Virus record (IMG/VR): IMGVR_UViG_2974569618_000001
Coordinates: 11,930-75,929 of that record
Reading direction: 5' to 3' (one strand)
DNA: 64,000 bases
DNA from: a virus
Lineage: Duplodnaviria; Heunggongvirae; Uroviricota; Caudoviricetes; Schitoviridae
Notes under the pieces: generated by a model
The model's database searches: none
The model's input: the letters and a program-made list of their open reading frames with translations, nothing else
What the model was told of the DNA's origin: nothing
Shown here: positions 57,170 to 64,000 of the stretch, in pieces
Position numbering within the stretch: the first letter of the stretch is position 1
Layout: each line of letters opens with the position of its first letter
Position numbers and translations under genes: made by a program

Positions 57170-58402
57170 TTACGAAAGTGCGTATTCTGCGTCTGCAATC
57201 TCTTTCCACATATCTGGATCTTCTTTCTCAATTGGCACGTAACGGCCCAACAGTTGAGACAGCATGTAGGAAAGCAGGTCACTCTTCGCAATATCACGAA
57301 GAATGAAGTTGTACTGCTGACGCAGGTCATTGCCGTAGTTAGCCAGACAACGGAAACAGTCATGAATAGCAATTACTTTGAATGGCTTCTTAGGCAGCGA
57401 AGCCAGTAATTCCTTGATTGGTTCCAGTGATGGTACAGACATGATGTTGGTGTAATCCAACACGTCCAGCACACGAGCACTCAGGAAGCCTGAATACTCA
57501 TAGTGCTTCATCAGCACAGTCAGAAGTTCAGCCTTGTCATCTGCAATTACAGATGGTGAATACCCAGCTTCTACTTCCTCGATCATCTTACGGATCATGC
57601 GTACTTGGTCAGCGTCATAATTACAACGGCGAACCATTTCACGCACTACCATACCGTCGATACTGTGAGTTGTGTTTGCACCCAGTGAACGGCCCTCTGA
57701 CATTGGCTTGTTCACATAACGCTGAATGTCGATTGGCTCATTCAGGAAATGCACAGTCTCTACCTCTGGTGACATTACTTTCACATGAACGTGGAAGTTA
57801 TCTGGCAGTGTCCATGAGTTACAGAATGCCTCTGGATTCCACATAGTCAGATAGGCTTTGTTGAGTCCCCATGCAGCAGGAGCCATTTCAGCCATTGTTT
57901 CCTCAAAGATAGATAATAGCAGACCTTCACCAAATACCTGCTTTGGCACAGCCTCTGAGCCATACAGTGCAGTCATGATTGCCTGCTTAACATCGTCACG
58001 TTTGATCTTACTGCTCTCACCAATCTTGGTGGTCATTGCATTATAGATAACGGTATAACCGTCACGGCGTTGCACCACATCGTCTTCACTAAAGTTCAGT
58101 ACGTTGCACAGTTCAGCAGCTTTACGGTCGCCCGTAAGACAAGCCAGAATCTGCAAACCTGACGATGTAGCATCCAGTGAGATTGGATAGCCAGTGGCTT
58201 CATTAGCCAGTGCTTTACGATAAGCCTGAATACCTGCATAGAACAGTGCAGGTGAGTCAGCTTGTGGAATCAGTACATCCAGTTGATGTTCGTTAGCATT
58301 GAACCATTCGATACGTTGGTTCCATGTCTTCTTGTCTAAACCGAAGTTGGAAGCCACGTCAATTTTCAGATAGTCCATACCAGTGTTGAATAGCTGCATC
58401 AT
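57170..58402 (-). CDS. Phage RNA polymerase II catalytic subunit (T7-like single-subunit RNAP core; N4 gp16-like)
   Basis: Motif A ISLDATSSGLQ (T7 DGSCSGIQ), motif B KQAIMTALYGS (T7 KRSVMTLAYGS), motif C AIHDCF (T7 IHDSF). Confidence 0.75.
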   Translation of the reverse strand: MMQLFNTGMDYLKIDVASNFGLDKKTWNQRIEWFNANEHQLDVLIPQADSPALFYAGIQAYRKALANEATGYPISLDATSSGLQILACLTGDRKAAELCNVLNFSEDDVVQRRDGYTVIYNAMTTKIGESSKIKRDDVKQAIMTALYGSEAVPKQVFGEGLLLSIFEETMAEMAPAAWGLNKAYLTMWNPEAFCNSWTLPDNFHVHVKVMSPEVETVHFLNEPIDIQRYVNKPMSEGRSLGANTTHSIDGMVVREMVRRCNYDADQVRMIRKMIEEVEAGYSPSVIADDKAELLTVLMKHYEYSGFLSARVLDVLDYTNIMSVPSLEPIKELLASLPKKPFKVIAIHDCFRCLANYGNDLRQQYNFILRDIAKSDLLSYMLSQLLGRYVPIEKEDPDMWKEIADAEYALS

Positions 58403-58425
58403 TCGCTCCTTAGCTTATTCAGAGA

Positions 58426-58686
58426 TTAATGTTTGGTTACTGCGGATTGGTTCTCGAACTGATGCGCTAACATCGCATCTTTTACCAGCCTTTCTAAGCC
58501 TTCAACAAAGTTATGAAGGTCATCAAAGCTCACTGATAGCAGCACACGAACAGGTTTACCTGTGGTGCAGTCCAGTGTGGTCATAACAACCATACCATCA
58601 GAGTCGATATTGATATGGTGTTCCTCTGATTTGCTGATACCAGCAACAGGTTCGAACTCTTTAGTTACAAACTTATCGTCACTCAT
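58426..58686 (-). CDS. Hypothetical protein (86 aa) between the RNAPII subunit genes
   Basis: ORF with a 4-nt overlap to the downstream gene. Confidence 0.4.
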   Translation of the reverse strand: MSDDKFVTKEFEPVAGISKSEEHHINIDSDGMVVMTTLDCTTGKPVRVLLSVSFDDLHNFVEGLERLVKDAMLAHQFENQSAVTKH

Positions 58687-59498
58687 TGGGTCACTACCTC
58701 TTCTTCTGCGAATTCAATAACAGCTTTGTTCCATGCATTGCCCTGATAGGTCACATGATGGCCCTGACAATATGTTCTACCACGCTTGTCATACTTATGA
58801 GTGAGGTAGAACACGTCACTTTCGTGCAACAGTACATCCATAACATCACGAGCAGACTCATCATACTTCTGGAATGCACGTACACGCTTCTGATAGTCCT
58901 GTTGAGTTTCACCTGACTTGGGTTTATCAAGGTTACTCCATGAGTTCTCAATCATTTGAGCTACATCCATGTTCAGTCGAAGTGGAATAGCATTCATTCG
59001 ATTGATATGGTCGAGACAAATGTCGTCGTCATGATGGTTATTCTTCAACAACAGTGATCCGTTGTTATTCAGATAGCCTGATTGTTTGTTGTTGTTCACT
59101 TGTTGAGGTGGAACAACCATCGGTAATGGATACTGGAAACGGTCAAGTTCAGCCTGAGTGTCAGCAGTGATTTCATAAATCACAATGAACTGACGCAGAT
59201 GAACTTTATACGTTACTAAGTCATGCTCTGCACACTTGAGTATCTGATCCACTACGTCTTGTGCTGTTGGTGCATGAGCACGTAAGCAGCCAACGAGTGT
59301 CTCTAAGTCACAGCGTTTATGCAGAGCCATTTGACACAGCAGGTCAATGCCCAGCTTTGGATCAATGCTTTTATCTGCCATGTATTTCAGAAACAGACCA
59401 TCTTCTGCTTCTGTGAATTCCTTACGCAACCGTGGTAACAGTTGGTTTTTATTGAACAGCTTTTCGAGTTGCATCTGATGCTCATGTAAATGATTCAT
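58683..59498 (-). CDS. Phage RNA polymerase II small subunit (N4 gp15-like, N-terminal-domain equivalent)
   Basis: 271 aa with RBS AGGAG. Adjacent to the catalytic subunit. Size matches N4 gp15. Confidence 0.55.
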   Translation of the reverse strand: MNHLHEHQMQLEKLFNKNQLLPRLRKEFTEAEDGLFLKYMADKSIDPKLGIDLLCQMALHKRCDLETLVGCLRAHAPTAQDVVDQILKCAEHDLVTYKVHLRQFIVIYEITADTQAELDRFQYPLPMVVPPQQVNNNKQSGYLNNNGSLLLKNNHHDDDICLDHINRMNAIPLRLNMDVAQMIENSWSNLDKPKSGETQQDYQKRVRAFQKYDESARDVMDVLLHESDVFYLTHKYDKRGRTYCQGHHVTYQGNAWNKAVIEFAEEEVVTQ

Positions 59499-59520
59499 CG
59501 CTTCTTCTCCTTTGGTTCAG

Positions 59521-59703
59521 TTAGGCAACAACAGGCTCTACTTTGATATAAGTACGAGCACAGTACAGAGATTGATTCAGTTGTTCTTCATTGAGCAGAA
59601 CAGCTTTAATCTCTTCATCGGTCTTACCAGCAGCAATGGCAATTTCAATCATCTGAATACGAGCATTCAGATAACGCTGCCAAATAGTGTCGAGCTTATT
59701 CAT
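59521..59703 (-). CDS. Hypothetical small protein (60 aa)
   Basis: ORF. Confidence 0.4.
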   Translation of the reverse strand: MNKLDTIWQRYLNARIQMIEIAIAAGKTDEEIKAVLLNEEQLNQSLYCARTYIKVEPVVA

Positions 59704-59936
59704 TATGACTCCAGTGTTACAGGATGAGAGGGTTCACCTTCAAAGTCACGAGCAGGTGATTTAACGTAAAGTGAATCCACTTCACTAAGATATTCAGCAA
59801 CGGTGTCCAGTGTGTCACCTGCTTCTTGCAGACGATCAACTGAGCACAGGAATATACCTGTTGGTTCATGCTTGAACACGAGACGTGACCAATCATCAAC
59901 ACCAACGAATTTCACATCAGCTTTCTTAAATCCCAT
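59703..59936 (-). CDS. Hypothetical protein (77 aa)
   Basis: The track start is a TTG. ATG at 59936 with TAATG coupling. Confidence 0.4.
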   Translation of the reverse strand: MGFKKADVKFVGVDDWSRLVFKHEPTGIFLCSVDRLQEAGDTLDTVAEYLSEVDSLYVKSPARDFEGEPSHPVTLES

Positions 59937-60319
59937 TAGAATGTTCCCCAATATTCAACAGTGTCACCTAAGAACGGTTTCCACTCTTCGTCGAATAGAC
60001 AGTTATCTGGAGCACCATTAAACATTGGTGCAATGTCTGCATGTTTTAGACCAGCAAGGCCACAGCCTACGCACGTAACCTGAAACGTGAGACGTTTATG
60101 ACCTTTAGCAAAGGCCAGAAAACCTTTCACATAGTCATTGATATGAGCAATGCTGAGAGTTTTGAGTTGTGCATCTTTGGTTGGAATAGCAAATGAGTCA
60201 CCCATGTGACCATAGCTAAAGCCATAACGAGCACCACGTTTTTCATAAGCGAACTTAGCTGCTCCAGCACCATGAACACCAGCTTCATTGGATCCGAATA
60301 CAAATACACGTTTAGTCAT
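59936..60319 (-). CDS. Rossmann-like protein with a Gly-rich loop VFVFGSNEAGVHGAGAA (SLOG-superfamily-like, tentative)
   Basis: RBS GAGGA. The glycine-rich motif resembles the LOG/DprA/YpsA nucleotide-binding loop. Confidence 0.4.
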   Translation of the reverse strand: MTKRVFVFGSNEAGVHGAGAAKFAYEKRGARYGFSYGHMGDSFAIPTKDAQLKTLSIAHINDYVKGFLAFAKGHKRLTFQVTCVGCGLAGLKHADIAPMFNGAPDNCLFDEEWKPFLGDTVEYWGTF

Positions 60320-60345
60320 TGGTAATTCCTCAGTTGTGATTGACC

Positions 60346-60371
60346 ATTTTAAAAACCACTCTTTCGAGTGG
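60346..60371 (-). terminator. Rho-independent terminator
   Basis: CCACTC-tttc-GAGTGG hairpin followed by TTTTTAAAAT on the minus strand. Confidence 0.5.
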
Positions 60372-60383
60372 CTTTAGAAATGA

Positions 60384-60599
60384 TTACTCTTCGTCTTCTT
60401 CCTGACGTTTGGCCTCAGCCTTTTCTTCGCGTTCGATAACACGCTTACACTGGCCCAGAATATCCAGACATACGTCTTCAATTTTGGTGGTGTCACGCAT
60501 GTCCTGCTCGTCTTTGACGGCAGTATGCAAACGCTTAATTAACTTAGCAGCACCATGCTGCTTAATGAGATCAATGAGATCTTCATGTAACCCGGTCAT
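60384..60599 (-). CDS. Hypothetical acidic small protein (71 aa)
   Basis: ORF with a Glu-rich C-terminus. Confidence 0.45.
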   Translation of the reverse strand: MTGLHEDLIDLIKQHGAAKLIKRLHTAVKDEQDMRDTTKIEDVCLDILGQCKRVIEREEKAEAKRQEEDEE

Positions 60600-61007
60600 T
60601 TATTTCCCCTGATTGCCTTCTATGGCTCTGATGATGAATTGCTTTATCACGTCACCGTGACAAGGTTTTGGTGCGCAGAAACACACCAGATAAACAGGTA
60701 AACCTGTTCCATCGAGTACCTGCTCTGCAATCTTGTCGAGTGCAGCAATAACGACAATATCTTTTTCCAGCACTTTACGTTTAAGCCACGGCTCAAATGC
60801 ATTAATAACATCTATGCGATCACAGATGTGGTTAATCTCAAATGGATTACCTAATGCACTTGGCCTGCCAATATAGTGATGACGCTCACTTAGCCCCACT
60901 TTTTGATGGTGCTTGTTTATGATTAACAGTTCGTTCACCTTTATAAAACCCCTCGATTTTATAGTAATGAATGGTAAGGTCAGTATATTGAACAACGATG
61001 ACGTCAT
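60600..61007 (-). CDS. DUF4326-like protein (GNPF ... CFCAPKPCHGD motif)
   Basis: Motifs IGRPSALGNPF and LVCFCAPKPCHGDVI match my recollection of the DUF4326 signature. The 5' end overlaps the upstream gene, so the true start may be an internal GTG/TTG. Confidence 0.45.
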   Translation of the reverse strand: MTSSLFNILTLPFITIKSRGFIKVNELLIINKHHQKVGLSERHHYIGRPSALGNPFEINHICDRIDVINAFEPWLKRKVLEKDIVVIAALDKIAEQVLDGTGLPVYLVCFCAPKPCHGDVIKQFIIRAIEGNQGK

Positions 61008-61221
61008 CCTTTACAGTCCAACATCCATACGTTGGTTCAACATGACCAATAGTTTTCTGACGCAGTAAATAACCTTGCCTACAGGTAGGAACTAAGTTCA
61101 TTGAATCCTCATTGGGAACAATGTCACTTAATTCCAGAATGGTTCCCGGAGTGATCTCCTTCCAGCCAACAGTTGCAGCTTGCACGTTTACAGCAAACAG
61201 GAACAGAAATAACCATTTCAT
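60886..61221 (-). CDS. Secreted/periplasmic small protein (111 aa) with an N-terminal signal peptide
   Basis: MKWLFLFLFAVNVQA/AT signal-peptide-like N-terminus. Confidence 0.5.
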   Translation of the reverse strand: MKWLFLFLFAVNVQAATVGWKEITPGTILELSDIVPNEDSMNLVPTCRQGYLLRQKTIGHVEPTYGCWTVKDDVIVVQYTDLTIHYYKIEGFYKGERTVNHKQAPSKSGAK

Positions 61222-61222
61222 A

Positions 61223-61537
61223 TTAGTGGCTCACCATAAATGGATAAACAGGACGCTTACTGTTCCACTGATACATCATCAGGTCGTAAGCACGTTTGTC
61301 TTTGTTGTTAAGGAACACAACCATAATATCCACGTCAGGTAGCTCATCTACCTTAACGACAGAGATACCAGCATCACGCAGAACAGGAGTAATAACTTTC
61401 TCCACACCTTCTGCTTCGGTTGTATAAACCTCGAATACTTCTGGCAGTGCTTTAACACGGAACAGGTATTCAAGGTCTTTCATGATCTGGTCTACATTGG
61501 TGTAACCAGCATCACCAGTAATAGCTACAGTTTTCAT
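61223..61537 (-). CDS. Hypothetical early protein (104 aa)
   Basis: ORF. Confidence 0.45.
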   Translation of the reverse strand: MKTVAITGDAGYTNVDQIMKDLEYLFRVKALPEVFEVYTTEAEGVEKVITPVLRDAGISVVKVDELPDVDIMVVFLNNKDKRAYDLMMYQWNSKRPVYPFMVSH

Positions 61538-61719
61538 TTGATAATATCCACGATAATAAAATCACCATTGAAGCCTTCACAGAAACGTTCAGCTTCTTCT
61601 CTTGATTCAGCAGCCCACGGTGGACATGGCGTATATGTATGGTCATGAACACATAAAACACAGAAGCCTAGCTTCTGTGTCTCTTCGGGTAACTCATCGG
61701 TATATTTAACCCAGTTCAT
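61534..61719 (-). CDS. Hypothetical early protein (61 aa)
   Basis: ORF with a 4-nt overlap. Confidence 0.4.
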   Translation of the reverse strand: MNWVKYTDELPEETQKLGFCVLCVHDHTYTPCPPWAAESREEAERFCEGFNGDFIIVDIIK

Positions 61720-62000
61720 TTAAGGACTCCAACGATTTGGTTAAATTTGACAGTCAGTACGCTGCCATCGCGAAGACCATGATAACGAGTAAATTGCAGG
61801 TCATTATCAACCCGAACGCCGTAATCACCATTAGTGCGATCAATGGCATATACAACTGCCCAGAATTTTTCAGTTCTGTGGTTTTCTGTTTCAACGCCAA
61901 TTTTGACATAATCGCCTTCGCTAATATCTGATGGTTGAGATGGAACAATGGCCTCATTAGGCAACATTGATGGGAAGCCATTTAAGATGGTGTATTTCAT
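61716..62000 (-). CDS. Hypothetical early protein (94 aa)
   Basis: ORF. Confidence 0.45.
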   Translation of the reverse strand: MKYTILNGFPSMLPNEAIVPSQPSDISEGDYVKIGVETENHRTEKFWAVVYAIDRTNGDYGVRVDNDLQFTRYHGLRDGSVLTVKFNQIVGVLK

Positions 62001-62203
62001 TCTTTGGTTCTTCCTTTAATTCGAACGGACAGTTCACGCTGCATTGATATTTTCAATTCATCAGCACGAACACCAGCATTGATCTTGGCGTTAAGCACAG
62101 GGTCATAACGCCTTTGTAATTCTCGTGAACATTTGCGATGAACACGTTTACTTCTTGGTTCACCGCATATCTCACATATTGCATAAGAACGGCTAAGTAA
62201 CAT
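61997..62203 (-). CDS. Small basic protein with a CxxC zinc-ribbon-like motif (68 aa)
   Basis: CEICGEPRSKRVHRKC. RBS GAGGT. Confidence 0.45.
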   Translation of the reverse strand: MLLSRSYAICEICGEPRSKRVHRKCSRELQRRYDPVLNAKINAGVRADELKISMQRELSVRIKGRTKE

Positions 62204-62253
62204 TTAATACCTCACAACGATACAGGGCTTCTTGGCTCTGTCCATTGTATCAA

Positions 62254-62535
62254 TCATTCTTCACGGAGCATTCTCTCCACCCATGCAATGCGTTCTTTAT
62301 TTTCATGCATTGTCTGACATTCTTTTTCGGTTACGTAGCCGATGCCCATGCCATTGTTGAATGGATAAACAACGTCATCAAAGTCTCTTTTCAGAGCATT
62401 ACGCAATTGATATTTGTAATCGTAATGCCCACTGAGTTTCATATTTCCACATAAACCCAGTGTGCGACTGAATGGTTTTGCTTCTGGAGCACCAGCATCC
62501 AGCCACTCTTTATATTTTCTGAGGAACTCATGCAT
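62254..62535 (-). CDS. Hypothetical early protein (93 aa)
   Basis: ORF. Confidence 0.45.
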   Translation of the reverse strand: MHEFLRKYKEWLDAGAPEAKPFSRTLGLCGNMKLSGHYDYKYQLRNALKRDFDDVVYPFNNGMGIGYVTEKECQTMHENKERIAWVERMLREE

Positions 62536-62833
62536 TTTTGAATTTCCTTAACAAGTGTTCAGTGGTTTCACGCAGAGCATGAAGCGTGTCTTCACAGTTT
62601 TTACCCAGTGAGAACTCGATAGCTTCATTCTCTGGATCCCCATAATCTGCATAGCAGATGTAGTTACCTTCGGTAGCATCAGGCTCCATCGATACCTTGA
62701 TATTGTTATCGTTAAACCACTTTGCATCGTCTGGATACACGTTCTTTATATCCACGAATTTGCGTTCACCGGTAGGACGTTGGTACATCAAAACATTGAG
62801 CATTTTTACCTCCAATATAGGTCTATCAGACAA
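62528..62833 (-). CDS. Hypothetical early protein (101 aa)
   Basis: RBS GGAGG. Confidence 0.45.
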   Translation of the reverse strand: MSDRPILEVKMLNVLMYQRPTGERKFVDIKNVYPDDAKWFNDNNIKVSMEPDATEGNYICYADYGDPENEAIEFSLGKNCEDTLHALRETTEHLLRKFKNA

Positions 62834-62920
62834 GTAATAGTTTTAAGGTGTCTTTATACCTAAACACCTGAAAGTTGCTACTTTGGTTTAAAGAAGTAGA
62901 GAATCTATCTTTCCACTTTT

Positions 62921-62959
62921 TAGAAATAAAAATGGGGAACACCAGTTACGGTGCTCCCC
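62921..62959 (-). terminator. Rho-independent terminator
   Basis: GGGGAACACC-agttac-GGTGCTCCCC hairpin followed by ATTTTTATTTCT on the minus strand. Confidence 0.55.
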
Positions 62960-62965
62960 TTGTTA

Positions 62966-63367
62966 TTACAGTGCCAGTTGTTTGGCGAATGGATTGTTTT
63001 CGATGACAGTTTCAGCTTCTTCATCGTTGACACGACGAACCTGAATTTGCAGATTCAGCAGTGTGCTTTCACCCGCAGGCAGTTCAGCAACCTTAGCCAG
63101 AATCTGGTTCAGCAGGTCATTACGTGCAGCTTGGAATGCTTTCCATTCCTGATTTTTGCCTTTAACAGCAACAGGTTCCTGAGTATCCAATGGGATACCT
63201 TGTGGCAGAGAAACGAAACGTTCTTCTGTACCACCACCTTCAACTGGGACTTCAACCGAATAACCGATGTTCAGCCACAGTTGTGCTTTAGGAGCATCAC
63301 CTGATTTAGCACCAGTTGATGAGTTAGATTTGTTGCCGAAGGACAGTTTATCGAAATCGATAGCCAT
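62966..63367 (-). CDS. Hypothetical early protein (133 aa); possibly an ssDNA-binding / RNAPII-activator-like protein (N4 gp2-like?)
   Basis: RBS GAGGT. Size is about 14.6 kDa. The functional guess is from position only. Confidence 0.3.
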   Translation of the reverse strand: MAIDFDKLSFGNKSNSSTGAKSGDAPKAQLWLNIGYSVEVPVEGGGTEERFVSLPQGIPLDTQEPVAVKGKNQEWKAFQAARNDLLNQILAKVAELPAGESTLLNLQIQVRRVNDEEAETVIENNPFAKQLAL

Positions 63368-63456
63368 GATTATTACCTCAAATTTAAGTTGGATTGTTTG
63401 ACAAGTCGAGTGCCATTCTTTGCGTAAGCAAAGAGTTTTTCACTTCAAAGAAATCT

Positions 63457-63621
63457 CTACTTTACCTTATGGTAAGTGATATCTTCTTTAGATTTTGCGT
63501 AGGGAAAGTATTGGATGAAGTATCCGAATAATGCTATTCCGATAAGCACATTTCCCGCAGCATGAACATTTGTGTAAGTGTTCAGGAAGATTCCTATCAG
63601 AATCAGAATTAGTCGGAACAT
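63457..63621 (-). CDS. Small hydrophobic membrane peptide (54 aa), not in the ORF track
   Basis: ATG preceded by GGAG. Sequence MFRLILILIGIFLNTYTNVHAAGNVLIGIALFGYFIQYFPY... Confidence 0.3.
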   Translation of the reverse strand: MFRLILILIGIFLNTYTNVHAAGNVLIGIALFGYFIQYFPYAKSKEDITYHKVK

Positions 63622-63646
63622 ATCTATCTTTCTCCAATTTAAGTTT

Positions 63647-63666
63647 AAGGGGAATTTCTTCCCCTT
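63647..63666. other. Perfect 8-bp hairpin AAGGGGAA-tttc-TTCCCCTT of unclear role
   Basis: Immediately downstream of the stop of the 63672-63986 gene. A T-rich run follows on the plus strand only. Confidence 0.35.
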
Positions 63667-63671
63667 AGTTT

Positions 63672-63986
63672 TTAGTTAGTTTCAAGTAACGCACGAAGAC
63701 GTTTTTCGTTTGATTGATAGAGTTCTTTTGTTTGTTCATCAGCACAGAAGCTAAGAATCTTCTTCTGACGTTCAGTATCAGCTAACGCTGTTTCTTCAAT
63801 CATTGTCTCAATCTTAGAAGCTGAGTTCAGCTTCATACGAATTTGTTGGTCTTTAGCTGCTTGAGTAACAAAGGTATCAAGCATACCAACAGACTTAGTT
63901 GCTACATTTGCAACTGTACTTACTACGTTCAACGTGTCAGTAACAGTAGACAGTGCAGCACCAAAGGTTAAGCGAGTAGTAGACAT
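63672..63986 (-). CDS. Hypothetical early protein (104 aa)
   Basis: ORF. Confidence 0.45.
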   Translation of the reverse strand: MSTTRLTFGAALSTVTDTLNVVSTVANVATKSVGMLDTFVTQAAKDQQIRMKLNSASKIETMIEETALADTERQKKILSFCADEQTKELYQSNEKRLRALLETN

Positions 63987-64000
63987 GAGTGTGACTCCAT

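Noticed and set aside
1-64000. CRISPR arrays, integrase/attachment sites and IS elements
   Set aside because: No short direct-repeat and spacer arrays were seen. No tyrosine or serine recombinase motifs and no transposase ORFs were seen. The only mobile-like element is the HNH endonuclease gene.

Overview
This 64 kb window looks like most of an N4-like (Schitoviridae-type) lytic podophage genome, in the reverse orientation to the usual N4 map. No integrase, IS element or CRISPR array was seen. Family assignments are from motif reading and N4 synteny only; no database search was run. tRNA and terminator coordinates are +/-3 nt.

Plus strand (1-21958): a late structural operon. It runs from a 5'-truncated portal gene through scaffold-like and major-capsid-like genes and several virion proteins, and ends in a 3508-aa ORF. 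That ORF's size and position match the giant virion-encapsidated RNA polymerase (vRNAP) that defines N4-like phages.

Minus strand (64000 down to 21993), read in transcription order:
- small early genes (about 59.5-64 kb)
- a split T7-like RNA polymerase II (57170-59498)
- an Ig-like (BIG2) decoration-protein gene
- an accessory island with an SPFH lipoprotein, a ClpX-like ATPase and an HNH endonuclease
- a cluster of an AAA+ ATPase, a MoxR-like ATPase and a vWA protein
- dCTP deaminase, Dam methyltransferase and ThyX
- rIIA and rIIB
- a Dda-like helicase and a family A DNA polymerase
- an unexpected fibre/Ig-like module under a sigma70-type promoter
- a nuclease, primase, Sak4-like ATPase, SSB and RuvC-like module
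- five tRNAs driven by a sigma70 promoter with a consensus TTGACA -35
- a pectate-lyase-type tailspike gene that converges on the vRNAP gene at a bidirectional terminator.

Nearly every transcription unit on the middle strand ends in a strong hairpin plus T-run terminator.

The most interesting items are:
- the terminator-insulated two-gene SPFH module (55810-56019 and 54956-55825)
- the late-type fibre module sitting among the replication genes (32104-35851)
- a C-terminal peptide shared by two adjacent DNA-metabolism proteins (25533-27360)
- an early-region pair of a DUF4326-like and a SLOG-like protein (59936-61221).
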